64,000 nucleotides of DNA from an uncultured Rikenellaceae bacterium (GCA_964435015.1 CAYSXP010000015.1:6340-70339); one strand, 5' to 3'. Positions 1-10,038 are shown, numbered from the stretch's first letter. Program-made: numbers and translations. The notes: generated from the letters alone by a model not told the origin.

Positions 1-221
1 GTTCCCTGCTGGTCGATATACCTGAATAACTTGAAGCGATGAAGTTTATCACTCACCTGCTCTTTTGATGAGAGCGTCTGTTTTTCCGGTATTGCGCCCA
101 GTGCCTTAACTTCTTCTGCCTTCCGTTTGGATTCAGGCGATTGCTGTGCGCAATAACCATTGAAACATAATACTGATATAAAAGCAATAATTACCCTGAG
201 CTTAGACAGATGTGTTCTCAT
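1..221 (-). CDS. Partial secreted hypothetical protein (N-terminus only; runs off the window)
   Basis: Manual translation from ATG at 221: MRTHLSKLRVIIAFISVLCFNGYCAQQSPESKRKAEEVK..., open to the window edge, with a signal-peptide-like N-terminus. Confidence 0.6.
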   Translation of the reverse strand, partial: MRTHLSKLRVIIAFISVLCFNGYCAQQSPESKRKAEEVKALGAIPEKQTLSSKEQVSDKLHRFKLFRYIDQQG

Positions 222-540
222 ATTCTTCAGGTTTTAGGCTATTATTCAAAATTAGGAAATATTTATACTAAAGGGAATTTTTTTTTTAGATATCCGGATT
301 TTTTAAAATTGTAACTTTAACTGAAATTACGGCGATGAGACGTACAATCCTTTTTCCATTGATGATTGCATCAGGTTATTCACAGGGAACACAACAACAT
401 TCCAGTTCCATGCGCAGGGAACTATTGATTTGAAAGAAAAAACTCCCGTTCGGGCCCCGGGAATACCGGTTCCCCTGTACGGCCTCATTTTGCCGGGTTT
501 GAATAAATATGAATATGATACCTTTTCAGGAACTGTTTTA

Positions 541-1215
541 ATGATACATCAACGATTATACTTCCCATCAGCTGCAATAATATTTATAGCTGTATTAATT
601 TCAGCAGGCTCATGTGCATTTTCAAAGAAAAGAAGCCTTGACCTCCTGAATGATGCACGGGATAAGAAATATGATATTGTAATAGTGCCTGGAGTGCCGT
701 TCACGAACGGGAAGTGGAGCCCTGTGATGAAGGGAAGGGTCTGCTGGTCAAAATATCTGTACGACAACGGGATCACAAAGAATGTAATGTTTTCCGGGGC
801 TGCGGTTTATTCTCCTTATGCTGAAGCTGAGATAATGGCCATGTACGCAGCGGGGATCGGGATACCCGAAGAGAACATTTATACTGAAACCCTGGCGGAA
901 CACAGTACTGAGAATGTCTATTATTCGTACAGGAAAGCCATGAAGCTTGGATTTCGGAGGATTGCCCTGGCAACCGATCCCTTTCAGGCCAGGATGCTTA
1001 AAAGATTTACAAGGAAGTATGTGAGCCCTCAGGTGGGAATTATACCCTTTGTTGTGGATACTCTGCAGGCTGTGCAGATACATATAACTGATCCTGAGAT
1101 TGATTACCGGAAAGCTTTCCGGGAGAATTTCACAGCCCTGCCCGACAGAGAAAACATGAGGGAACGTTTCAGGGGCACAAAAGGGCTCAATATCGACAGG
1201 CATATTTACGAATAA
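541..1215 (+). CDS. YdcF/ElyC/SanA (DUF218) family protein, probable lipoprotein
   Basis: Motifs IVIVPG, MFSGAAVYSPYAEAEIMAMYA and ETLAEHSTENVYYS. Start moved from 430 to ATG 541, which gives a signal with lipobox AGSC. Confidence 0.85.
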   Translation: MIHQRLYFPSAAIIFIAVLISAGSCAFSKKRSLDLLNDARDKKYDIVIVPGVPFTNGKWSPVMKGRVCWSKYLYDNGITKNVMFSGAAVYSPYAEAEIMAMYAAGIGIPEENIYTETLAEHSTENVYYSYRKAMKLGFRRIALATDPFQARMLKRFTRKYVSPQVGIIPFVVDTLQAVQIHITDPEIDYRKAFRENFTALPDRENMRERFRGTKGLNIDRHIYE

Positions 1216-1288
1216 CATTTTGACCTTCAGATCTGACTTGTATCTGTCTGAATAAATCAGCATCTTCAGGAAATCAAAAAATCAGGAT

Positions 1289-2308
1289 ATGAAAAACCAT
1301 CGGCTGATCAACAGGATTGTATCGGTTACAATAAGGAAATCACTTCATTTTTTGTTTACGGCAGCACTGATTCTCATATTGCCTGCCGGTGGCCGGTCCC
1401 AGTCCAGGGATGACATAATTGATTATTTGAAGGGTTTTGGGAATGGTTCGTGGATGTTTGGTCAGATGGCTACCTGGGTTCACAATGAGAATCCCGGTAT
1501 TGAGCATCCTTCAAACTGGATCAGGAAAGTGTATGATCATACAGGCAGGAAGCCGCGTTATGCGTGCATCACCTATGATTTTGATGACAATCCCTTTCCT
1601 GATTCTGCATGGAATGAGGGCGTAAGGAAGGTCTGGCAGGAAGGGATGATACCAGGCGTTTATAATTTTTTTGCGAATCCCTGCGGAGGCCGGTGGAACG
1701 ACCCGGTAAGCATAGATCCGGTGTTTGATCTGGATGATAATCCGGTAAGGGCGAATTTTTATGCCCAGATGGACCGGATGGTTTCAAACCTCAGGTGGCT
1801 CGGGGACCAGGGAATAACTGTGGTTTACACTCCGTTTGTCGAGCTGAATGACAGGAACAAGTGGCATGCAAGGGAAGGAAGTAAAAATGCAATCAGGCTT
1901 TACAGGCTTGTTCATGACTATTTTGAAGGAAAAGGATTGAAGAATATTATCTGGGCATACCATACCACCCAGGGAGAAGGAGCGCTGGAAGAATATTATC
2001 CCGGCGATGAATATACGGATGTTATCGGTAAATCAGCCTATGGGACCGGGCTTGTTTTCTCCGAATACGAGTGGGCGGTTGAGAAAAAGAAGAACCATGG
2101 AAAAATTATCTGGTGGGCCGAGCTTGGCATACGTGACCGCGAAGATCCCCCCAGGGATTGTTTTGATGTTCTGACAAAGCTCCGGACCGCTTTTCCCGAA
2201 CTTGCAGGCTTCAGTTTCTGGAGCGATGCGGGTTACTATAATGTGACCGGGAACCTTAATGGCCCTGAATTCATGTCAGATCCGAGGATTGTAACACTCC
2301 TGAAATGA
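1289..2308 (+). CDS. Glycoside hydrolase family 26 (beta-mannanase-like), secreted
   Basis: TPFVELN (acid/base strand), NIIWAY, YYPGDEYTDVIGKSAY and WAELG (nucleophile); signal peptide. Confidence 0.75.
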   Translation: MKNHRLINRIVSVTIRKSLHFLFTAALILILPAGGRSQSRDDIIDYLKGFGNGSWMFGQMATWVHNENPGIEHPSNWIRKVYDHTGRKPRYACITYDFDDNPFPDSAWNEGVRKVWQEGMIPGVYNFFANPCGGRWNDPVSIDPVFDLDDNPVRANFYAQMDRMVSNLRWLGDQGITVVYTPFVELNDRNKWHAREGSKNAIRLYRLVHDYFEGKGLKNIIWAYHTTQGEGALEEYYPGDEYTDVIGKSAYGTGLVFSEYEWAVEKKKNHGKIIWWAELGIRDREDPPRDCFDVLTKLRTAFPELAGFSFWSDAGYYNVTGNLNGPEFMSDPRIVTLLK

Positions 2309-2314
2309 CGGCAA

Positions 2315-3817
2315 TCATTTCATGTCCGCGGCTTCAAAATATCGTTCAATTACATACCCGGGCTGATATTGATCCCGTATCTGCCTGAGTTTTTTGTAGT
2401 CATATTTCAAAGGGAGAATGGATTTCGGATTCAGTGTTGCAGTGTCATCTGTTTCCGCATGCCATTTTTCAAGAAGCTTCATCATTTCATCACTTTTTTC
2501 CATGAATTCCGGCCGGGAGGCAAGATTATTGATTTCAAGCGGATCCTCCCTCAGATTGAAAAGCTGAGTGTAATTGCGCTGCGGATATCTTATCAGTTTC
2601 CACTCTTCATCCCTCACGGCTCTTGCGGTGTTGCGATATACGGTATACAGCGAACCTCTCACGTTTTTCTCCCTGCCCGTGATTACTTTAACAAGATCCT
2701 TTCCGTCAATTTCGCCGGGGCCGGGTAATCCGCAGAGCTTTGCCAGAGTCGGAAACAGGTCATAGAGGTATATCAGTGAGTTCCTCAGTTCGTTTTTCGG
2801 AATACCGGGACCGCTGATAATTAGCGGCACTTTCATGCTGTGTTCATAAAGATTCTGCTTCCCGAGCAGTCCGTGACTGCCAACGGCAAGACCGTTATCG
2901 GCGGCGTAAATGATAATTGTATTATCAGCCAGCCCGAGCTCGGTGAGTGTCCTTACAATGTAGCCAACCCTGTCATCGAGGTGTGTGATGAGCCCGTAAT
3001 AATCGGCCAGTGATGCTTGGATAATTTCTGTGGTTCTTGGCCATGGAGCGAGGGTCTCGTCACGTACGTTCATATCGTCGAATTCGAAGGGATGCAGGGG
3101 CATGAAATTCCCGGGCAGGGGGATCGCCTCACCCCTGTACCGGCCTGTGTAATCCGCTTGTGGCGATCTCGGGTCATGGGGGGCAGTGAAAGCGACATAG
3201 CAGAAAAACGGATTCTTCTTCCCCGATGAAGCATAGTCCTTCAGGTATCTGACGGCGGTTTCAGCAAATATGTCGGTGGAGAATCCTTTTTTTACAGGAT
3301 CAGTCAGTTTTCCGGAGCTGTCCAGGTCCTGGCACGGCACCTGGAAATGATCACTCATTCCGCCCAGGAATACATTTTCCGCTTTCTGAAAGGTGGCGAT
3401 AAGGCTGGCGGCGCCATTGTGCCATTTCCCGGTTGCGAACGTTTCATAACCAAACCCCGAGAAATATGCTGGCATAGTTACCTTTCCGTCAAGTACATCA
3501 TAAACATGGAACAGATTTTTCCCCGTCATCAGCATGGCCCTGCTTGGCGCCGAGATAGCACCGTGATGACCCCCCATGACATAGGCATTGGTGAACCGTA
3601 CTCCGTTTCCTGCAATGCGGTCGATATTTGGTGTTTTAATATATGTGTTTCCGGCGCATCCCAGGGCATCGGCGCGCTGATCGTCGGCAAACAGGAACAG
3701 GATATTGGGGCGTTTTCCGGAGTCGGTGGTTTTTCCGCATGCATTGGTGAGGGGAGCGCTTCCGGTAACGGCTCCCATAAGCAACAGGCTGGAAAGCGGT
3801 AATAAAGGGTTCTGCAT
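2315..3817 (-). CDS. Sulfatase (formylglycine-dependent, Ser-type), probable lipoprotein
   Basis: RPNILFLFADDQR, SAPSRAMLMTG, GKWH, FTAPHDP, ADNG...HGLLGKQNLYE. Confidence 0.92.
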   Translation of the reverse strand: MQNPLLPLSSLLLMGAVTGSAPLTNACGKTTDSGKRPNILFLFADDQRADALGCAGNTYIKTPNIDRIAGNGVRFTNAYVMGGHHGAISAPSRAMLMTGKNLFHVYDVLDGKVTMPAYFSGFGYETFATGKWHNGAASLIATFQKAENVFLGGMSDHFQVPCQDLDSSGKLTDPVKKGFSTDIFAETAVRYLKDYASSGKKNPFFCYVAFTAPHDPRSPQADYTGRYRGEAIPLPGNFMPLHPFEFDDMNVRDETLAPWPRTTEIIQASLADYYGLITHLDDRVGYIVRTLTELGLADNTIIIYAADNGLAVGSHGLLGKQNLYEHSMKVPLIISGPGIPKNELRNSLIYLYDLFPTLAKLCGLPGPGEIDGKDLVKVITGREKNVRGSLYTVYRNTARAVRDEEWKLIRYPQRNYTQLFNLREDPLEINNLASRPEFMEKSDEMMKLLEKWHAETDDTATLNPKSILPLKYDYKKLRQIRDQYQPGYVIERYFEAADMK

Positions 3818-3925
3818 TTTGTAATTGTATCAGGTTTGTTTGTAAAGCGGCCAGCCTGTAAAGTAAACAATAAAATCCGAAAGAACTTTAATGAAAACGG
3901 GCTCAGGAATCCGGCTTATTGGGGT

Positions 3926-5374
3926 TTAGTTCATTGGAATTATCACGCATTTCCCGGGGTTGAAACCAACCGTAATTGTTTTTGTGCCTGCCAGAACGCT
4001 TACAGGTTCGCGGTTTGATCCGAAATCTGTACGGCGGATAAGCACACTGTCGCCCAGGGCAAGACCGGAAACCACAGTCCCGGGGTCGGCCGGCACATCA
4101 AAAGTTATGGGTATCCCTTTTTCGAGGAATCTTCCGTACTGCTGCGCTGCAGCATAGACTTCATGCACGGGCCTGATCTCTTCGGCATATTCGCTTCTGT
4201 TGCACCACATGAAAAAGGTATCGGTTCCTCTTAAAAGCATGTGCCAGAGGAGTTCCTTGTAACATTCCAGGCTCATCTGAACCGGTTCGGGTTTCATACT
4301 TGCGACTTTAACGGTGTTCCAATGTACAAAACTTATTACGGGAATACCTTGAGGCGTGCTTTTACCAGCATTGCCTGCGACCTTCAGCATATTGTAGAAC
4401 CACCTGTAATCAGTATTCTCAAAATCGTACCAGCCAAAGATCTGATCCCATGTATAGACAACAGGCATGGCGAAAGTGTAACCTGTCAGTGGAAAATCAT
4501 TGAACCATTTCCGGTATTTTGCATTTTGGTCGGCAATGAAGGGCTGCCCGTCAACATAATATTCAAAATAGTCGTACCAGTACCTGTACCCGTCGTTTGG
4601 ATAAACTGCGTAATTCCCTACCAGGGCATCGGGAAATCTGGATAATATGACCGAGCTGCAGGCATAATTCTGAAGGTAGGACCTCATCTCACGCATGGCC
4701 TTCTGGAATTCAGTGAAAGAAAAATCTTCGCCCAGATGCTGCCTGCACCTTTTGCATTTTTTCGATGCAGCAAAAGCACGATTGACCTCCAGGGGGCCGT
4801 CGATTTCCCAGTCAGTAAAAATGAAATCGACCTTCAATCCCTCCTTCCTGAATTTTTCCGTGAAATATTCAAAACGGGCACGGATTTCCTTTTTTCTGAA
4901 ATCCAGTGCAAAGGGACAACCCATTTTATGATCTCCGAAGCTGTCATCAAAGAAGGGATTGCCGTTATCATCAATATGTGCGGTTTTTATGTCGCCGTTG
5001 AAGAATGATTCCATGAGAGATGTTGCTTCAATATTCACCCTCTGGCCCAGTTTAGTCTGGGCCCGGGCAATTACCAGGCTTGTTTCGAGTGATGCCTCCT
5101 TTTCCCCGGCCTTCCAGCGTGAGATGAGTCCGATCCCGCGGCTGTCGAGTTCCCTTACAAGCATTTCAGCTTCAGTATCGGTAAGCTTGCCCGGATCAAT
5201 GGCAGGCCAGAGATAAAGGGGAAGCCGGTCGCCCCGGTTGAAGGTCAGGACAGTAGTGTTCTCAAGTATGACCTGAATGGTCTCCGGCCATTTTTTATTT
5301 TTCATTTCAGGGCCGGATCCAGTGCAATTTATCGCAAGGAGGCTCAGGCAGATTATTATCGGTTTGGTCTTCAT
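3926..5374 (-). CDS. Hypothetical lipoprotein with a possible glycoside-hydrolase-like TIM barrel
   Basis: 482-aa ORF; lipobox LAINC; VDFIFTDWEIDGP strand; CKRC; many Trp/Tyr residues; family not recognised. Confidence 0.6.
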   Translation of the reverse strand: MKTKPIIICLSLLAINCTGSGPEMKNKKWPETIQVILENTTVLTFNRGDRLPLYLWPAIDPGKLTDTEAEMLVRELDSRGIGLISRWKAGEKEASLETSLVIARAQTKLGQRVNIEATSLMESFFNGDIKTAHIDDNGNPFFDDSFGDHKMGCPFALDFRKKEIRARFEYFTEKFRKEGLKVDFIFTDWEIDGPLEVNRAFAASKKCKRCRQHLGEDFSFTEFQKAMREMRSYLQNYACSSVILSRFPDALVGNYAVYPNDGYRYWYDYFEYYVDGQPFIADQNAKYRKWFNDFPLTGYTFAMPVVYTWDQIFGWYDFENTDYRWFYNMLKVAGNAGKSTPQGIPVISFVHWNTVKVASMKPEPVQMSLECYKELLWHMLLRGTDTFFMWCNRSEYAEEIRPVHEVYAAAQQYGRFLEKGIPITFDVPADPGTVVSGLALGDSVLIRRTDFGSNREPVSVLAGTKTITVGFNPGKCVIIPMN

Positions 5375-5581
5375 AAAATACTAATGATTTCGCAAACTAT
5401 GGGTTTATTTTGAAAATAAGAAAGGTTCGGACTTCATATCAAATATAGGATTTAATTCATTAATATTGGATAATAACAGCTTGCGGGACTGATTGGAAGA
5501 AATCAGTCTAAATTATTCATTCTGAACAGGATGATTTATAGTATTTTTTATATTTGTTAATATTAATTAAACGAGCTTGAT

Positions 5582-8380
5582 ATGAGAAACATGTTCCTTG
5601 TACTCCTGGCATTTATTATTTTATCAGGCTGCAGCGATGGGAAAAAGAACCTTGTTGTACTTTCTGCTCCTGCAGGGAAAATGTATACTTCCATCAATAT
5701 GGGAGGCGTCACTGTTATTCCCAACGGACGTCTGCTCACACCGGCAGGAATGACTTTCTTGGTTGCACCGCATCCTTTCGGGCTGGCTCTGAGCAGTGAC
5801 GGTGAAACTGCTGTAACAGCCAACTCAGGTACAAACCCGCTCTCAATTTCAATAATAAGAAATCTTTCATTGTCTCCCGAGATCATGCAGATACCCCCAG
5901 GGCATTCCACCGATGCCGGAATTCTTGAGTCGGTTTTCATGGGCCTGGCTATCACCCCCGACAATTCGAAAGTGTATGTTGCTGGCGGACAGGCTAATAA
6001 AATCTTTGTTTTCGACCTTGTCACCGGAAATAAGACAGACTCAATCGACTGCGCCATATCAGCAGATGGGACTGACTATCCGGATGGTTACATAGGCGAT
6101 ATGGCTATAAGCAAAGACGGCAGGCATCTTTTTGCGGTGGACCAGATGAATTTCAGGATGCTGATCGCCGATACCAGGATCATGCAGGTAACCGCGTCAG
6201 TTCCCGTGGGTCGTTATCCCTTTGGACTGGCATTGACAAATGATGGAAAAAAGATCTATGTTGCAAACGTGGGAATGTTCCGGTACGGTAAGATAGGCAG
6301 CATAGAAGCAGACTCAGACTATGGAAAAGCCTTAAGCTTCCCGCCATTTGCTTATAACACGGAGGAAATGATAAATGGCATAACAACTGATTCGCTTGTA
6401 GTTCCCGGCCTGGGAGATCCCAACAGCGATCTGGCATTCTCGGTGTGGGGTATTGATATTGAGGATATCTCAAAACCGGTTGTGACTTCCAGGATAAAAA
6501 CCGGAAATCTTGTGGGCCAGATGGTTGAAGGTATTCCGGCAGTTGGCGGATCGAGCCCGAATTCAATGGCAGTTACATCTTCCTATGTATTTGTCAGCAA
6601 CGGGAACAATGATAACATCACGGTTATCGATATAAGAAACGATTCAGTGGTTAAAGAGATCTATCTGAAGCCCGATGATGCGGTTAAGCATTTCAGGGGA
6701 GTCATACCTTTCGGGCTTGACGTATCCCCCGACGGCAGGAAACTATTCGTGGCCGAATCCGGAATAAACGCCGTCGGCGTGATAGATATACCTTCGATGA
6801 GGGTAGTGGGACATATACCTTCCGGATGGTTTCCCTCAAAGGTAAAAGTTACACCCGACGGAAAAAGACTGATAGTAACAAATGCAAAGGGATACGGTTC
6901 AGGACCCAACGGCGGAAAGACTTTCAGCGAGGGCCCTGAGGGAACCTACATCGGGAGCCTGATGAAGGGAAGCATTTCGATAATCGACATTCCTTCGGAC
7001 AAAGAACTTAAAAGAATGACCAGGCAGGTGATCGCGAATAATTTCAGGAAGGATAAGGCTGCAAGGCTTCTGAAGGAGCGGAAAGGTAATCCCGTTCCCT
7101 TGTACGGCGGACAAAAGGAATCGCCGATAAAACATATAGTGTTTATTTCTAAGGAGAACCGGACATATGATGAAGTGTTCGGCCAGGTTGAAAAGGGGGA
7201 GGGCGATGCTTCAATTGCAAGATACGGGAGGAACGTCTCCTTTTCCAACAGGGATAAATCCATGAAAGTTGAGAATGCCGACGTTATGGCGAACCATCTG
7301 AAACTTGCATCTGAATTTGCGATAGCTGACAATTTTTATGTTGATGCCGATGTCTCAGCCGACGGCCACCGCTGGCTTGTAAACACATATCCGAATGAAT
7401 GGGTGGAGACCAGCGTTGCGGCCAGCTACGGAGGCAACAGGACCTACAACCCTGCGTCGAAGGCACCGGGAAGCCTTGGTATGAACGGTTCCGCGGGCGC
7501 AATATATCCCGAGGATTACAATGAGTCGGGCTCAATGTGGGATCATCTTGAAAGGAACAATATCGGCTTCTTTAATTTCGGTTTCAGTATCATGTTCGAA
7601 CCAGCTTTTTACCATGAATCATATAAGTATACGGGCATCAGGCAGTTTGCAAATTTCCCGGTTCCGACACCGATCTTCACTAGAACATCAAAAATTTACC
7701 CCACCTATAATATGATGATCCCTGACCAGTTCAGGGTAAGCCAGTTTATAAAGGAGTTCAGCGAAAAGTGGATGAACGGCAGCGACACCATGCCGCAGCT
7801 GCTGACGGTCATAATCCCGAACGACCACGGTGCAGGCGAGAGGCCTGAAGCCGGATATCCTTTCCGGGAGAGTTACATGGTTGATAATGATCTGGCAGTC
7901 GGGAGAATAATAGAATTTCTTTCGCATACGCCCTACTGGAAGAATATGGCGGTCTTCATTACGGAAGATGACGCCCAGAACGGCGTGGATCATGTGGACG
8001 CCCACCGCAGCATCCTGATGGTTATTTCACCCTATGTTAAAAAGGATTATGTGAGCAGGGTGCATTACAGCTTCGGGAGCATTTTCAAGACCTTCTGGAA
8101 CATTCTCGGACTGCCCTATTTGAATCAATATGATGCGGCTGCCACAGATCTGTCCGACATGTTCACGGCTGCTCCTGATTTTACACCCTATAAGGCATTG
8201 CCTCCCGACCTGCGGATCTTTGATCCGCAGAAAGCCCTCTCGCCGCTTGATGAGGATTTTGACTGGAAATCACTGGAAAAATCACCAATCCTTGATGATC
8301 CCAGGGAGATGGTTGAGGATCAGAAGGAGAAACCCGAGTACCGGCTGGAGGATCAGAAGAGTGATCCGGTTATCCGATAA
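5582..8380 (+). CDS. Bifunctional YncE/YVTN beta-propeller plus alkaline-phosphatase-superfamily phosphoesterase, lipoprotein
   Basis: Lipobox LSGC; repeated propeller blades (PFGLAL..DG, IYVAN, VGVID); phosphoesterase motifs IKHIVFISKENRTYDEVFG, SADGH, PNDH and EDDAQNGVDHVDAHRS. Confidence 0.88.
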   Translation: MRNMFLVLLAFIILSGCSDGKKNLVVLSAPAGKMYTSINMGGVTVIPNGRLLTPAGMTFLVAPHPFGLALSSDGETAVTANSGTNPLSISIIRNLSLSPEIMQIPPGHSTDAGILESVFMGLAITPDNSKVYVAGGQANKIFVFDLVTGNKTDSIDCAISADGTDYPDGYIGDMAISKDGRHLFAVDQMNFRMLIADTRIMQVTASVPVGRYPFGLALTNDGKKIYVANVGMFRYGKIGSIEADSDYGKALSFPPFAYNTEEMINGITTDSLVVPGLGDPNSDLAFSVWGIDIEDISKPVVTSRIKTGNLVGQMVEGIPAVGGSSPNSMAVTSSYVFVSNGNNDNITVIDIRNDSVVKEIYLKPDDAVKHFRGVIPFGLDVSPDGRKLFVAESGINAVGVIDIPSMRVVGHIPSGWFPSKVKVTPDGKRLIVTNAKGYGSGPNGGKTFSEGPEGTYIGSLMKGSISIIDIPSDKELKRMTRQVIANNFRKDKAARLLKERKGNPVPLYGGQKESPIKHIVFISKENRTYDEVFGQVEKGEGDASIARYGRNVSFSNRDKSMKVENADVMANHLKLASEFAIADNFYVDADVSADGHRWLVNTYPNEWVETSVAASYGGNRTYNPASKAPGSLGMNGSAGAIYPEDYNESGSMWDHLERNNIGFFNFGFSIMFEPAFYHESYKYTGIRQFANFPVPTPIFTRTSKIYPTYNMMIPDQFRVSQFIKEFSEKWMNGSDTMPQLLTVIIPNDHGAGERPEAGYPFRESYMVDNDLAVGRIIEFLSHTPYWKNMAVFITEDDAQNGVDHVDAHRSILMVISPYVKKDYVSRVHYSFGSIFKTFWNILGLPYLNQYDAAATDLSDMFTAAPDFTPYKALPPDLRIFDPQKALSPLDEDFDWKSLEKSPILDDPREMVEDQKEKPEYRLEDQKSDPVIR

Positions 8381-9114
8381 AAGGATTTCTGACTGCTGCT
8401 CCGGCAGGTTATCAAGATGTGCCCGGAAAGCTGATTCATTCAGTTTTTCTCTTTTTCAGAATCCATTGGTCAATAGATTCAGGATGTTCGTCAAATCCGG
8501 AGATATCTGCCTACAGCTGATCTGGTGTTTTGTAATAAGCAGAAATACAGTGTTATACAGAAACAGGTAGATGACTGCGGACGTGTATGCCGGTTTGAAT
8601 CGGTCAATCGGGGTGAGTAATTCCTTCATTATCTTCGTTAAATTGGTTGAGAACTTAACCCGGATACAGTGAAAGGCTGAACGGAAAATGAGAACCCCAG
8701 TGAAACACTCAGGAATCATGGAAACAAACAACAGGAGATCGTCAGGGAAAACAGCAGAGGGATCTGCCGTGGATGGAAGCTTTGTTGGAAGGTTGCGGCT
8801 TTTAAGGGCACGGCACCTGCTCACATTCATTCTTCCGGTGTTTCTTTTAATGTGCGTAATGCCGGCTGAGGCATCAGAGCGTTCGGGGAACGGCAGGAAC
8901 TCTTCATGCCATGCCAGGAAAACCAGTTTCTCTTATCCGGTTGTAGTTTCGAAAAAGAATAATCCGGTTATTAATGTTTCCAAAAAGCATTCAAAAAAAT
9001 CCGGGAGGAGAAATTACAGTTTCCCGATATAGATTCAAAAAGGTTCGGCTTCAAAATATTTAAGCCTTATATCAGGTATTTTCTACATCGGAAGGGATCT
9101 TTGAAAAATATTTT

Positions 9115-9609
9115 TCAATCTATGTATGCAACACAGTCGATCTGGACCAGAACGCCGTCGCGTCCCATCTGGTCAATTCCTGCTCCGCTGAAGGAGCGAG
9201 CAGGTTTCGGGTCGGGGAAAAATCTGCCATAGACTTCATTGAGAGGTGCCAGATTCTTATTTGGATCAGCAAGTGTCATGTGTACTTTTAAAACATTGGC
9301 CATTGTAGTGCCTGCTTTTTCCAGCTGATTCTTCATGTCTGTCAGAGCGCTTTCAATCTGCACTTTTATGTCCCCCGGTTCGGCACGCCTGTTGGCATAC
9401 CAGCCACCTATGCCGCTTAAAAAAACAAGATGACCCGAACGGATGCATAATGACAGGGGACTGGTTGTAGGGTAAACGCCGGGAACAGCCTCTTTTACGG
9501 GAGTCCATTCTTCCTTTGATTTATTTTTTTCAGGTCCGGTTATATCGTTGCCGATCACACCGGCGAGCGGAACCACGGACAGGTTTTTAAGAATTTCTCT
9601 TCTTTTCAT
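9115..9609 (-). CDS. RidA/YjgF family protein with a twin-arginine-like leader
   Basis: LVFLSGIG, NVLKVHMTL, NEVYGRFFPDPKPARS and VQIDCVAY; N-terminus MKRREILKNLSVVPLAG. Confidence 0.85.
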   Translation of the reverse strand: MKRREILKNLSVVPLAGVIGNDITGPEKNKSKEEWTPVKEAVPGVYPTTSPLSLCIRSGHLVFLSGIGGWYANRRAEPGDIKVQIESALTDMKNQLEKAGTTMANVLKVHMTLADPNKNLAPLNEVYGRFFPDPKPARSFSGAGIDQMGRDGVLVQIDCVAYID

Positions 9610-9695
9610 TTAATATTGATATTTCAGTTAAAATTACGAAAAATAAGGTATCCTGATCTTAACTGTTTTGTAAATTTCATAACGCTCTTACCTGA

Positions 9696-9884
9696 TATAT
9701 TGCTGACAAAGCTGGTAATTCGGATTCCGCACAATTAAGCCTGGGACCGGATGGAGAGCCGGTGGAATATCCGGAGAAAGAAACTGAGCAGATCATTTAC
9801 TCACAAGTTAAAACAGATGACAAGAAAGGTTCAGCGATACGACAAGCCTTACCGGCACATCTTCATCGTAAAGAGCATATTTAA
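9696..9884 (+). pseudogene. IS66-family transposase (TnpC) N-terminal fragment
   Basis: Manual translation: DSAQLSLGPDGEPVEYPEKETEQIIYSQVKTDDKKGSAIRQALPAHLHRKEHI*. This resembles the QL.L...ETE.I.Y...RQ.LPAHL.R segment of IS66 TnpC. No start codon, early stop. Confidence 0.65.
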
Positions 9885-10038
9885 AGTGAAAAAATGATTT
9901 GGGGTTGTTGTCTATGTGTCGGCTACCCTATAATTCGCTCCAATTATAATTAGAGACCATACACTATTGATGTCAAAGAATGTTGAGAGTTTCCACTTTC
10001 CATCATAAAAATTTAAAGATATTGTCAGAAAATACTCC

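Noticed and set aside
9101-9118. Perfect palindrome TTGAAAAATATTTTTCAA as an operator
   Set aside because: It overlaps the ridA stop codon between converging ORFs and is AT-only, so it is more likely a terminator-like or chance feature.
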